Part shown: positions 9,380-19,058 of the stretch, in pieces
Position numbering within the stretch: the stretch's first letter is position 1
Layout of the letters: each line of letters starts with the position of its first letter
Origin: a virus
DNA: 64,000 bases
Reading direction: 5' to 3' (one strand)
IMG/VR virus record: IMGVR_UViG_3300032092_000005
Span: 1 to 64,000 of that record
Program-made: the position numbers and the translations under genes
The notes under the pieces: generated by a model
The model's database searches: none
The model's input: only the letters and a program-made list of their open reading frames with translations
What the model was told of the DNA's origin: nothing

Positions 9380-9952
9380 ATGTGGCTTCTAAGTTTTCTT
9401 CCTGAATATTTCTTTCATCTACTTACACTTCTTGGTTTTGTAGGAGCACTGGCTTGCTTGTTTCCTATTCCATACAAAACAATAGTGCAAGTGATATCAA
9501 TTGCAGTAATAGCATTCTCGCTATACATGGAAGGTGGCATTGCCAATGAAGCTGAATGGAAGTTGAAAGTGAAAGAAGCAGAAGCTAAAGCTGCACAGAA
9601 AGAAATTCGAGCGGCTGAGACTACAGTTCAAGTCGTGACAAAATATGTGAATAAAATTCAAACTATTAAGGAGAAGGGTGATGTTATTATTAAAGAAGTC
9701 CCAATATACATTACAAAGGTTGATGATTCTAAGTGCGCTGTGCCTAATGGTTTCGTCATGCTCCACGACAGTGCCAGTCGTAATGAAGTTCCCGACACCG
9801 CCAGAATTGCTGATGAAGGAACCTCCAAAGTTAAAATCTCTGGAGTCGCAGGAACAGTCGTTGAAAACTATACAACCTACCACGAAGTAAGCGCACAATT
9901 AAAGGCTCTTCAACAATGGGTAAAGGAACAACAAGCTATTCATAACAAATGA
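9380..9952 (+). CDS. Inner-membrane spanin (Rz-like)
   Basis: N-terminal TM segments, coiled coil, C..P.GFV.LHD motif; next to endolysin and holin. Confidence 0.75.
   Translation: MWLLSFLPEYFFHLLTLLGFVGALACLFPIPYKTIVQVISIAVIAFSLYMEGGIANEAEWKLKVKEAEAKAAQKEIRAAETTVQVVTKYVNKIQTIKEKGDVIIKEVPIYITKVDDSKCAVPNGFVMLHDSASRNEVPDTARIADEGTSKVKISGVAGTVVENYTTYHEVSAQLKALQQWVKEQQAIHNK
9723..9890 (+). CDS. Outer-membrane spanin lipoprotein (Rz1-like), embedded in +1 frame
   Basis: MILSALCLMVSS-C lipobox-like signal followed by Pro-rich mature peptide; fully inside i-spanin. Confidence 0.7.
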   Translation: MILSALCLMVSSCSTTVPVVMKFPTPPELLMKEPPKLKSLESQEQSLKTIQPTTK

Positions 9953-9961
9953 GGTTGAATC

Positions 9962-10585
9962 ATGGAAATAACAAAAGAACAATTAAAACAATTACTTCCA
10001 AACAATAAATACGTTGATCAATGGCATGAAGTGCTTTCAAAACTTCTACCTGAGTATGAGATTAATACTCCAGAAAGAATTGCAGCATTCATAGCACAAT
10101 GTAGCCATGAGTCTGGTGGTTTCACTACACTCAAAGAAAATTTAAACTATCGTCCTGAAACACTTAGAAAGATATTTCCTAAGTACTTTCCAACGGATGA
10201 GTTAGCTAGAGCTTATTGCAGTATGCCAAATAAACAAGAAGCAATTGCAAATAGAGTCTATGCAAATAGAATGGGCAATGAAGATGAGAATTCTGGTGAC
10301 GGTTTCAAATACTGTGGCAGAGGACTCATTCAACTAACAGGAAAAGAAAACTATACTTGGTTTGCTTCAAGTTTAGAAATGTCTCCAGATGAAGCATCTG
10401 AGTACCTTCAAACATTTGAAGGTGCAGTCCAATCGGCATGTTGGTTCTGGGAGACAAACAATTTAAATCAGTATGCAGATTCTGGTGATATACTTACTAT
10501 GACAAAAAGAATCAATGGTGGAACAATAGGGCTTGAGGACAGAATCAAGCATTACGAACACGCATTACACGTTTTAGGAGTATGA
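9962..10585 (+). CDS. Glycoside hydrolase family 19 endolysin
   Basis: AAFIAQCSHESGGF..ENLNY, GRGLIQLTG..NY, TKRINGG..GL.DR. Confidence 0.92.
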   Translation: MEITKEQLKQLLPNNKYVDQWHEVLSKLLPEYEINTPERIAAFIAQCSHESGGFTTLKENLNYRPETLRKIFPKYFPTDELARAYCSMPNKQEAIANRVYANRMGNEDENSGDGFKYCGRGLIQLTGKENYTWFASSLEMSPDEASEYLQTFEGAVQSACWFWETNNLNQYADSGDILTMTKRINGGTIGLEDRIKHYEHALHVLGV

Positions 10586-10589
10586 TCAC

Positions 10590-11027
10590 ATGGGAGATGA
10601 AGTAAAGGGCAGTGAAGAGTCCGATCACTGGATGCAAACTAAATGGCGTCCAGCAATGGGTTGGATGTACATGATTGTTTGTGTATGCGACTTCACATTA
10701 TTTCCTGTACTGTGGAGTCTATTACAATCATTGAGTCACGGACAAGTAACTAGTCAGTGGCAACCATTGACACTTCAAGGCGCTGGTCTATTCCATCTTG
10801 CAATGGGTGCCGTTCTTGGTATTGCTGCATTCGGTCGTACTCAAGAAAAGATTGCTAATACCGCAAGTAATATTCCTACACCATCGTTTCAACAATCGCC
10901 ACAAAACTATCAACCGATAAATACAGTATCGCAGGCGCCAGCACAATCTACCTTTAATGCTAGACCTGCACCCGTAGGATATGGCGGCAAAGCAGCACCA
11001 CCTCCAGCCCAAGAAGAATTATTATAA
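10590..11027 (+). CDS. Holin (GTA 3TM-holin-like)
   Basis: WRPAMGW..TM..LGIAAFGRTQEK; directly after endolysin. Confidence 0.75.
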   Translation: MGDEVKGSEESDHWMQTKWRPAMGWMYMIVCVCDFTLFPVLWSLLQSLSHGQVTSQWQPLTLQGAGLFHLAMGAVLGIAAFGRTQEKIANTASNIPTPSFQQSPQNYQPINTVSQAPAQSTFNARPAPVGYGGKAAPPPAQEELL

Positions 11028-11038
11028 TCGAGTAACTT

Positions 11039-11230
11039 ATGAAAAATCTATTTTGGATGCTATGCATCGTGCTAAGTGTATCATTTTTGTCTATGAATAA
11101 TGCTCACGCAGCAGAGACTAAAACTAAAAAAGTTTGTAATGTCGTAAAGGACGCTAAGACTAAAAAGTCTAAAGAAGTGTGCAAAACGATTAAGATACAT
11201 AAAAAGCTAGAACCTAGCAAGAAGAAATAA
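11039..11230 (+). CDS. Small exported basic protein (two Cys)
   Basis: Signal peptide ending AHA; Lys-rich mature part. Confidence 0.55.
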   Translation: MKNLFWMLCIVLSVSFLSMNNAHAAETKTKKVCNVVKDAKTKKSKEVCKTIKIHKKLEPSKKK

Positions 11231-11232
11231 TC

Positions 11233-11667
11233 ATGGACAATACAGCAGTAGAGCTTAAGGTGGATGTTGAAGTGCTTAAACAGCAAGTCTTGACATTAAC
11301 ACAGTTATGCAATAAGATGGACACGATCATAGAAAAGCTAATCGACAATAACGATAGACTCACTACTCAGATATATCAAGATATGGACAAAAGAAAGCAA
11401 GAAACTGTTGGTGACATTAAAGAACTTCATTCTAGAATCACTACAGTAGATAGAAACGTTTCTGATAAGATAGAACTTACTGAACGTAGGATCATGGACG
11501 AGATTAAATCTCTCCGTGATGATATTGCTGAACATAATAAAAAAGAAAGTAAAGAAATGCAAAAGATTATGGAGTGGAAGTGGATGGCTGCTGGCGCTAT
11601 TGTAGTGCTTGCATGGATAATGTCCAATATCAAAATAGAAATGGTGAGCAAGCTATTCGGCGGGTAA
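11233..11667 (+). CDS. Coiled-coil protein with C-terminal TM helix
   Basis: Heptad pattern then EWKWMAAGAIVVLAWI. Confidence 0.6.
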   Translation: MDNTAVELKVDVEVLKQQVLTLTQLCNKMDTIIEKLIDNNDRLTTQIYQDMDKRKQETVGDIKELHSRITTVDRNVSDKIELTERRIMDEIKSLRDDIAEHNKKESKEMQKIMEWKWMAAGAIVVLAWIMSNIKIEMVSKLFGG

Positions 11668-11705
11668 TTATCTTTTTTCAGGATAGTTTTAGATAATTCG
11701 GGAAC

Positions 11706-11745
11706 TTGACAAACGAGCGAATCTATAGTAAAATGTAGATTCGCT
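11706..11745 (+). promoter_or_regulatory. Sigma70-type promoter with inverted repeat around -10
   Basis: TTGACA-17-TAAAAT; AGCGAATCTA/TAGATTCGCT flanks -10. Confidence 0.7.
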
Positions 11746-11770
11746 AATTTTTTTATGGGACTACAACATT

Positions 11771-12793
11771 ATGAGCATGTGGATAGATCAGAAGTACATC
11801 GGTATTCTTTCCATCCGACTGGACAAATTTTCAGCTAAAGGCGACTACACATATAACTTCCGTTGCCCAGTCTGCGGCGACAGTCAAACAAATCGGAACA
11901 AAGCACGTGGCTATATCTTTCCAATGAAAGAGGGTCTATTCTATAAATGCCACAACTGTGCAGTAAGTTTGTCATTAGGTACATTGATCAACAAGATTGA
12001 TCCAGCACTTTATAAAGAATATTGCCTAGAGCGATATAAGACTGGAGAGACAGGTCGCAAAGCGCACAAAGCCCACAGTTTCGTATTCAAGCCAGTTAAG
12101 TTTGGTAGTAGCATGACTGACGATTTTAAAGGTGTGCTGACACCGCTATCAAAACTGCCTGATGATCATGAAGCTATTCTCTATGCACAATCTAGAAAAA
12201 TCCCTGTAGATAAGTACAAGACACTTTATTATATTGATGATGTACAGAAGCTAAAGTTGTTTTCACCTAACTATGAAGATAGAATCGTCACTCATGAACC
12301 AAGAATAGTTCTTCCGTTCTATGATAGTAATGATGTATTGGTTGCACTTTCATGTAGAGCAATTCGTGGTGAGAAGTTGAGGTATCTTGTAGTCAGAGTA
12401 AAAGACGAATTGCCAATTCTATTCAACATGAATAAAGTGAACAAAGAAGAAACTATATATGTTACTGAAGGTCCAATTGATAGTCTGTTTGTTCAGAATG
12501 CAGTAGCAGTTGGTAGTTCCAATCTTAGGTATGCGCTAGATCACTTTTCAAAAGAGAAGCTAGTATTGATCTATGACAATGAACCCAGAAATAAAGAAAT
12601 CGTGAAACTGCTAGGCGCAGCTATCAATGATGGCGCAGCAGTTGTAATTTGGCCAAAAACTTATGAAGAAAAAGATATAAATGATATGATACTAGCTGGA
12701 AAAACGCAGGATGAAATCCTCAATACACTAAATAATTTCACCTTTAAAGGCCCTAAAGCATTGCTTGAATATAACAATTGGAGAATGGTATGA
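11771..12793 (+). CDS. 61: DNA primase (T4 gp61)
   Basis: FRCPVCGDS..KARG..KCHNC zinc finger; VTEGPIDS and DNEPRN TOPRIM; KDINDM. Confidence 0.95.
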   Translation: MSMWIDQKYIGILSIRLDKFSAKGDYTYNFRCPVCGDSQTNRNKARGYIFPMKEGLFYKCHNCAVSLSLGTLINKIDPALYKEYCLERYKTGETGRKAHKAHSFVFKPVKFGSSMTDDFKGVLTPLSKLPDDHEAILYAQSRKIPVDKYKTLYYIDDVQKLKLFSPNYEDRIVTHEPRIVLPFYDSNDVLVALSCRAIRGEKLRYLVVRVKDELPILFNMNKVNKEETIYVTEGPIDSLFVQNAVAVGSSNLRYALDHFSKEKLVLIYDNEPRNKEIVKLLGAAINDGAAVVIWPKTYEEKDINDMILAGKTQDEILNTLNNFTFKGPKALLEYNNWRMV

Positions 12794-13452
12794 ACGTTAG
12801 AATGGTAAGCTATTCCCAACCTCCTATAGACTTTGATGAAACTGATTCGACACTACAAGACCTCGTTGCATTCTGCGCAAGAGTATCTAATCCATCCAAT
12901 CAGTCCAATTCCGAAACTTCGGAACGACTTATCAAATACCTTATTAGAAACAAGCACTGGAGTCCACTTGAAATGGTCTCCGTCTGTCTTGAAGTTGAAA
13001 CCACAAGAGACATTGCTAGACAGTTCCTTAGACATAGAAGTTTTTCCTTTCAAGAATTCAGCCAACGCTACGCTGATCCAACAAAAGATTTGGACTTTGT
13101 ATTGCGAGAAGCCAGATTACAAGATACGAAAAATAGACAAAACAGTATAGAGACTGATGATGCTAATCTTCAACGCCGTTGGGAAGAGCAACAAGAATTT
13201 GTTATCGCCTCTGCAAAAAGTGCATACGATTGGGCTATCGTAAATGGTATTGCAAAAGAACAAGCTAGAGCAGTACTACCAGAAGGCAACACCGTAAGCC
13301 GTCTGTATATAAATGGAACACTCCGTTCATGGATTCATTACATTGATTTGAGAATTGAGATCGGAACTCAAAAAGAGCATAGACAGATAGCCGAAGCATG
13401 TGCTGAAGTTATCGCAAAGGTATTTCCCATTATTAAAACAATAAAAGATTAA
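12790..13452 (+). CDS. thyX: Flavin-dependent thymidylate synthase
   Basis: HWSPLE, RHRSFSFQEFSQRY ThyX signature, EQAR.VLP, TQKEH. Confidence 0.95.
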   Translation: MNVRMVSYSQPPIDFDETDSTLQDLVAFCARVSNPSNQSNSETSERLIKYLIRNKHWSPLEMVSVCLEVETTRDIARQFLRHRSFSFQEFSQRYADPTKDLDFVLREARLQDTKNRQNSIETDDANLQRRWEEQQEFVIASAKSAYDWAIVNGIAKEQARAVLPEGNTVSRLYINGTLRSWIHYIDLRIEIGTQKEHRQIAEACAEVIAKVFPIIKTIKD

Positions 13453-13463
13453 AGAGGTATTGA

Positions 13464-15272
13464 ATGACTACAGCAATTGTGCATGGCATTACGGTAGACT
13501 ATAGTAGAGACAAACTATTCGATGAATTAGGAATTAAAAGACTTAAAGAAAGTTACATGAAAGATGATGAAGTATCTCCTCAAGAAAGATTCGCCTTCGT
13601 TTCAAAGGCGTTCGGATCAAATCCAGAACATTCTCAAAGGCTTTACGATTATGCTTCAAAGCATTGGCTTAGTTATTCTACTCCCATTCTTTCTTATGGT
13701 CGTAGCAGCCGCGGACTACCTATCTCATGTTTTTTGCCTTATCTCCATGATAGTGCAAAAGGTCTTGTCGATTGTCTCGCGGAAGTAAACTGGCTATCAA
13801 TGCTTGGAGGTGGTGTTGGTATTGGTGTCGGCATTCGGTCTTCTGATGATAAGTCTGTAGGCGTAATGCCTCACCTGCGCACGTATGATGCATCCTCGCT
13901 TGCGTACAGACAAGGCAGCACACGTAGAGGTTCTTACGCAGCGTATTTGGATATCAACCATCCTGATATCATTTCATTTTTAGAAATGCGTAAGCCTACA
14001 GGTGATCCTAATCTACGCACAATGAACTTACATCACGGCATCAACATCACAGATGACTTCATGCAGATTATTGAACGTTGCATGTTAGACAAAAATGCTG
14101 ATGACAGTTGGGAACTAAAAGACCCACAAAGCAAAGTCGTTCGTGAAGTTGTATCTGCAAAGGAATTGTGGCAAAGAATTCTAGACACACGTATGCAAAC
14201 AGGAGAGCCATATCTCCACTTCATTGATGCATCAAACAGAGCACTGCCAGACTTTCAAAAGAAGATGGGTCTATCTGTTAAGCAGTCTAATCTATGTTCC
14301 GAAATCATTCTAGCTACTGATGAATTCCGAACAGCAGTCTGTTGCCTATCATCTGGCAATCTAGAATATTTTGATGAGTGGAAAGATGACAAATTATTCT
14401 TGCATGATGTTGCAGAGATGCTAGACAATGTGTTACAATACTTTATCGACAATGCGCCAGAACAAGTCTCAAGAGCAATTTACTCTGCAAGAAGAGAACG
14501 TTCTATTGGCTTTGGTGCATTAGGATTTCATGCATACTTACAGAAGAATAATCTTGCATGGGAAAGCGCATTAGCAAAATCTGCTAATTTTAGAATGTTC
14601 AAATATATTAGGACTAAACTTGATGAAGCTAATTTATCTTTGGGAAAAAGTAGAGGAGAAGCTCCTGATGCAGTGGGCACAGGGCAGCGTTTTACTCACG
14701 TTATGGCTATTGCTCCTAACGCATCAAGCAGTATTATCATGGGCAATACATCACCTTCTGTAGAGCCGTACCGCGCTAATGCATATCGCCAAGATACGCT
14801 ATCAGGTTCTTCATTACACAAGAACAAGTGGCTCGATAGAGTTATCAGAAAACACTTTAGTCTAGAAGAAGGAATGGATTCAGGAAAATATTCAGAAACT
14901 TGGTCAAGCATCATTGCCAACGATGGATCAGTCCAGCATCTAGATTGGATGGACGATTGGAACAAAGATGTATTCAAGACTTCTATGGAGATTGATCAAC
15001 GTTGGGTCATTGAACTTGCAGCAGATAGACAGCAATATATAGATCAAGCGCAATCATTAAATCTATTCTTTAGACCAGATGTGAACGTGAAGTATCTCCA
15101 TGCAGTACACTTTCAGGCATGGAAGCAAGGTCTTAAAACTCTATACTACTGCCGTTCTGAAAAGATTGGTAAAGCAGATAAAGTTTCTAAGAGAATCGAA
15201 CGAGAGATTATTAAGGAATTAAACATGACTGCACTAATCGATGGAGACACATGCCTTGCATGTGAAGGTTAA
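13464..15272 (+). CDS. nrdA: Ribonucleotide reductase class Ia alpha subunit (no ATP cone)
   Basis: PISCF, SNLCSEI, AIAPNASSS, KTLYY, C-terminal CLACEG. Confidence 0.96.
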   Translation: MTTAIVHGITVDYSRDKLFDELGIKRLKESYMKDDEVSPQERFAFVSKAFGSNPEHSQRLYDYASKHWLSYSTPILSYGRSSRGLPISCFLPYLHDSAKGLVDCLAEVNWLSMLGGGVGIGVGIRSSDDKSVGVMPHLRTYDASSLAYRQGSTRRGSYAAYLDINHPDIISFLEMRKPTGDPNLRTMNLHHGINITDDFMQIIERCMLDKNADDSWELKDPQSKVVREVVSAKELWQRILDTRMQTGEPYLHFIDASNRALPDFQKKMGLSVKQSNLCSEIILATDEFRTAVCCLSSGNLEYFDEWKDDKLFLHDVAEMLDNVLQYFIDNAPEQVSRAIYSARRERSIGFGALGFHAYLQKNNLAWESALAKSANFRMFKYIRTKLDEANLSLGKSRGEAPDAVGTGQRFTHVMAIAPNASSSIIMGNTSPSVEPYRANAYRQDTLSGSSLHKNKWLDRVIRKHFSLEEGMDSGKYSETWSSIIANDGSVQHLDWMDDWNKDVFKTSMEIDQRWVIELAADRQQYIDQAQSLNLFFRPDVNVKYLHAVHFQAWKQGLKTLYYCRSEKIGKADKVSKRIEREIIKELNMTALIDGDTCLACEG

Positions 15273-15910
15273 TGGCACACATCATAGCAAACTTACCTCC
15301 AGTAAAATGTTTTGTTCGTAAAGAATTTCTTTACGATTTTGAACGTGGTCATGGTGAATTAGAATCGTGTTGGTGGGTCAGCATTAAATCTTTGCGTGGA
15401 CAAGCTTTTCGCATTGAGTCGTATTTGAATGACTACGGCGCACTATATGATAAGCTTCCTATCAGTGCATACTGCTGGAAGCCAATCGAAGGTGAGCCTC
15501 TACCACTCGACTACTTGCAGCTATGGGATTGCTTAAGCTATGACATTACAGTGTTGAAGAAAGCACAACTTCAATCGATGAAATGTAAATTCAAATTAAA
15601 GAGTGGTGGTTGGATGTATGGCGAATATATGTTCACAGTAGATTCAGCACATCCAGATTTTAATACAATCGACACTGGATTCTCAGAAGACCCAGAAGAC
15701 CACAAATCATACAATTTTATTAAATGCGATAATGGTCAATTTGCGTGTCAACCAAATAATAGATTGCTTATACTTGAACCATCAAGCAATCCTGGTGAGT
15801 TGAAACGACCAGACTTTAAAGTAGCAACAAAAAGATGGTCTGTTGAAACTGATGCTAAGTGGGCTTTGGGTGATACGGATACCGTTATGTACGAAAAAAC
15901 AGAAAAATGA
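15272..15910 (+). CDS. Conserved phage hypothetical protein
   Basis: VRKEFLYD..GHGE, GALYDKLPISA, EDHKS, NGQFACQPNNR motifs. Confidence 0.6.
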   Translation: MAHIIANLPPVKCFVRKEFLYDFERGHGELESCWWVSIKSLRGQAFRIESYLNDYGALYDKLPISAYCWKPIEGEPLPLDYLQLWDCLSYDITVLKKAQLQSMKCKFKLKSGGWMYGEYMFTVDSAHPDFNTIDTGFSEDPEDHKSYNFIKCDNGQFACQPNNRLLILEPSSNPGELKRPDFKVATKRWSVETDAKWALGDTDTVMYEKTEK

Positions 15911-16347
15911 AAAAACTATTAACAATCTTAGCGTTGTCTCTATTGGCAACATTGTCATTTGCAGAAAAGCAAAAACCAGGCGTCACATATGATGCTATTA
16001 TTACCAGAGTAATTGATGGCGACACAGTAGCGTTTCGTGCAGACTTTTTGCCTGAGCCTCTAAAGAAGGAACTCAGCATTCGTGTATTTGGTGTAGACAC
16101 ACCCGAAAAAGGATTTCGTGCTGCTTGCCCTAGTGAAGATGTAAAGGGTCAAGCTGCTTCGGCATTCACTAAAGCGCAAATCAATGCAGCTAAACATCGC
16201 CAAGTCATTCTAATGGATTGGGATAAGTATGGCGGTAGAGTATTGGGTGACGTTATTCTTGACGGTAAGAGTCTCCGTACAATGCTCATTCAAAATGGTC
16301 ACGCAAGAGAATACTACGGTGAAGCAAAACAATCTTGGTGCAATTGA
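15907..16347 (+). CDS. Staphylococcal nuclease (thermonuclease)-like protein with signal peptide
   Basis: RVIDGDT, IRVFGVDTPE, DKYGGRVLG; N-terminal hydrophobic signal. Confidence 0.88.
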   Translation: MKKLLTILALSLLATLSFAEKQKPGVTYDAIITRVIDGDTVAFRADFLPEPLKKELSIRVFGVDTPEKGFRAACPSEDVKGQAASAFTKAQINAAKHRQVILMDWDKYGGRVLGDVILDGKSLRTMLIQNGHAREYYGEAKQSWCN

Positions 16348-16350
16348 TAA

Positions 16351-16596
16351 ATGCAACTAATCATAAATTTATTTTTATTATTTCTATTCCTACTACTTGA
16401 TGATAGTAAAGAAGAGAAAGAAGAACTGTCCATAAAAGAAATTCTAATCGAAAAGCATAGTGAAGGATTCTATGCATGGATGAAAGAGACTAATACATTT
16501 GTAGGACAAGGCAAAACACCAGAGGAACTTTTCGCGTTGATTCGTGAGAAGTTTCCAAAACTAGACATTAAACTAACAGCGAGTGAACAACAATAA
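16351..16596 (+). CDS. Hypothetical protein
   Basis: ORF packed between nuclease and nrdB. Confidence 0.5.
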   Translation: MQLIINLFLLFLFLLLDDSKEEKEELSIKEILIEKHSEGFYAWMKETNTFVGQGKTPEELFALIREKFPKLDIKLTASEQQ

Positions 16597-17588
16597 TGAA
16601 CGCAAAGAAGCACACACAAACGCTGATGGATGAGAGATCATACTTCAAGCCATTTCAATATCCATGGGCATATGACGCATGGATAAAACATGAACAGAGT
16701 CATTGGCTTCATACTGAAGTTCCTATGCTTGATGACGTAAAAGATTGGAAAAACAAACTAAATGCAAATGAAAAAAAATTCCTCACACATATTTTTCGCT
16801 TTTTTACGCAAGGAGATATTGACGTTGCTGGTGGTTACGTCAACAATTACTTGCCTTATTTTCCTCAGCCTGAAGTTCGCATGATGTTGCTAGGATTCGC
16901 AGCGCGTGAAGCTTTGCACGTTGCTGCATATAGTCACTTGATTGAAACTCTAGGACTTCCCGAAACTACGTACAATGAATTCTTAGAGTATCAAGAGATG
17001 CGTGATAAGCACGAGTACCTTCTTGACATTTCAAATGAGACTAAAGACGCAACTTCTATTGCTACAGACGTTGCAGTGTTCTCAGCATTCACTGAAGGTA
17101 TGCAATTGTTTAGTTCGTTTATCATGCTGCTAAACTTTGCAAGACATGGTAAGATGAAAGGTATGGGTCAAATCATCACTTGGTCTATCGTTGACGAAAC
17201 TCAGCACACTGAAGGAATGATTAAATTGTTCCGTACATACATTGAAGAGAATCGTGAAATGTGGAATGATGATCTAAAGAGTCGTATCTACACTATCGCA
17301 GAGAAGATGGTTCAGCTAGAAGACAAGTTTATTGATCTCGCATTTGAATTAGGACCAATGCAGAATCTTACGAAAGAAGATGTTAAAGAATACATCCGTT
17401 ACATTACAGACAGACGCCTGATCAGTCTTGGCATGAAAGGCATCTTTAAGCGTAAGAAGAATCCTCTACCGTGGGTAGAAGAAATGATTAATGCGCCTAC
17501 GCATACAAATTTCTTTGAGAATAGAGTAACAGATTATTCTAAGGGTGCTCTATCTGGTAAGTGGGATGACGTTTGGGGTAAAGCATAA
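16596..17588 (+). CDS. nrdB: Ribonucleotide reductase class Ia beta subunit
   Basis: FFTQGD, REALH..AY, EG.QLFSSF, DETQH, NFFE. Confidence 0.96.
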   Translation: MNAKKHTQTLMDERSYFKPFQYPWAYDAWIKHEQSHWLHTEVPMLDDVKDWKNKLNANEKKFLTHIFRFFTQGDIDVAGGYVNNYLPYFPQPEVRMMLLGFAAREALHVAAYSHLIETLGLPETTYNEFLEYQEMRDKHEYLLDISNETKDATSIATDVAVFSAFTEGMQLFSSFIMLLNFARHGKMKGMGQIITWSIVDETQHTEGMIKLFRTYIEENREMWNDDLKSRIYTIAEKMVQLEDKFIDLAFELGPMQNLTKEDVKEYIRYITDRRLISLGMKGIFKRKKNPLPWVEEMINAPTHTNFFENRVTDYSKGALSGKWDDVWGKA

Positions 17589-17639
17589 AATTCTAGGAGC
17601 ATATATAGTTCTGACAGTGTTATTACTAAGGAGCTATAA

Positions 17640-17864
17640 ATGTCAAACTATCAAATTTTGTGTGATTCGTGTGGAGCAGAATACCAAATAGAAATCGTTG
17701 TAACGGGAACAGAATCGACACCAATATTTTGTGCTTGCTGCGGAGAAGAATTAGAAGATATTGTATCAGTTGATGCGTTAGATCATACAGGCGGATCGGA
17801 TGAGTGGGATAAACTTATTGAAGATGTGTATGATGAAGATGATGAATGGAAAGAACGAGAATGA
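17640..17864 (+). CDS. Small zinc-ribbon acidic protein
   Basis: CDSC...CACC; SD GGAG. Confidence 0.6.
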   Translation: MSNYQILCDSCGAEYQIEIVVTGTESTPIFCACCGEELEDIVSVDALDHTGGSDEWDKLIEDVYDEDDEWKERE

Positions 17865-18415
17865 AAATAGCTGGCATCGATTATTCGATGACCTCACCAG
17901 CAATTTGCATTTTTGATACTGAAAGTTCTGAATTCACTTTTGAGAATTGTAGACTAAATTTCCTGACACAGTTGAAAAAGTATGATGTGAAAGTTAAGAA
18001 CATCATAGGAGAATATTTTGAGTATGAAGATGATATGCAGAGGTATGATGTAATCTCTTCTAAGTTCATTGACATTGTTCTATTGAATGATGTTGAAAGA
18101 GTTTTCATTGAAGACTACTCTATGGGTTCTAGAGGTAGAGTATTCAACATTGCAGAAAACACTGGCATATTGAAGTACAGATTATGGCAGTTTCAGATAC
18201 CTGTATTGGGGATTGCTCCTACAGTTATCAAAAAGTTTGCTACTGGTAAAGGCAATTCAGATAAGCAAAAGATGCAAGATGCGTTTGAGCTTGAATGTGA
18301 TTTAAAGTTGAAGCATGAGTTCAACATGACAGAGAAACAATGGAACCCATCTTCTGATATAATTGATTCTTATTATATTTGTAAGTATGGATATACAAAC
18401 ATGGAGAAATTATGA
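17861..18415 (+). CDS. RuvC-like nuclease
   Basis: IAGIDYS, FIEDY, IAENTG.LK, KKFATGKGN, SD..DS. Confidence 0.75.
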   Translation: MKIAGIDYSMTSPAICIFDTESSEFTFENCRLNFLTQLKKYDVKVKNIIGEYFEYEDDMQRYDVISSKFIDIVLLNDVERVFIEDYSMGSRGRVFNIAENTGILKYRLWQFQIPVLGIAPTVIKKFATGKGNSDKQKMQDAFELECDLKLKHEFNMTEKQWNPSSDIIDSYYICKYGYTNMEKL

Positions 18416-19044
18416 GCAAACGAAATTCGAATGAAGAGTCTTTATTAGACATTATTGATACGTCAGAGTCATTTATTACTAAACCTCTAGGCAATCTATA
18501 CACAGTATATTTGTCTGGAATGATTGAAGAACCTAAGTGCTATACAAAAGTATTTGAGATGATTAGGAATGCAGAAGATCATGACATTATCAAATTGCAT
18601 ATCAATTCTGAAGGTGGTCATCTATTCACCGCTATCCAATTTATTAGAGCTATGACAGAATCTAGAGCTACTATCGTTGCATCCGCAGAAGGTATGTGTA
18701 TGTCAGCAGCTACTATGATTTTTCTATCAGCAGATAATTTTGAGATATCAGAGCATTGCATGTTCATGTTCCACAATTACTCAGGTGGCACATTTGGCAA
18801 AGGTGGTGAAATGTATGACCAGCTTATCAAAGAGCGCAAGTGGTCGGAAAAGATCATCAATAAAATCTACAATGGCTTCTTGACAGATGAAGAAATTAAG
18901 TCTATAATGAACAATAGAGACATTTGGATGGAAGGTGATGAAGTAAAAGTCCGTCTAGAAAAACTTCTGAATAAAGAAAATGGTATTCCTGAGCCAATCA
19001 AAAAGCCTAGAGCAAAAGCAGCAGCTAAAAAAGTAGCAAGCTAA
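18412..19044 (+). CDS. ClpP-like serine protease
   Basis: INSEGG, CMSAAT catalytic Ser, MFH. Confidence 0.85.
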   Translation: MSKRNSNEESLLDIIDTSESFITKPLGNLYTVYLSGMIEEPKCYTKVFEMIRNAEDHDIIKLHINSEGGHLFTAIQFIRAMTESRATIVASAEGMCMSAATMIFLSADNFEISEHCMFMFHNYSGGTFGKGGEMYDQLIKERKWSEKIINKIYNGFLTDEEIKSIMNNRDIWMEGDEVKVRLEKLLNKENGIPEPIKKPRAKAAAKKVAS

Positions 19045-19058
19045 CAAGCGAGAAACCA

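Noticed and set aside
13464-17588. Introns or inteins in nrdA/nrdB
   Set aside because: Both frames are continuous and of normal length
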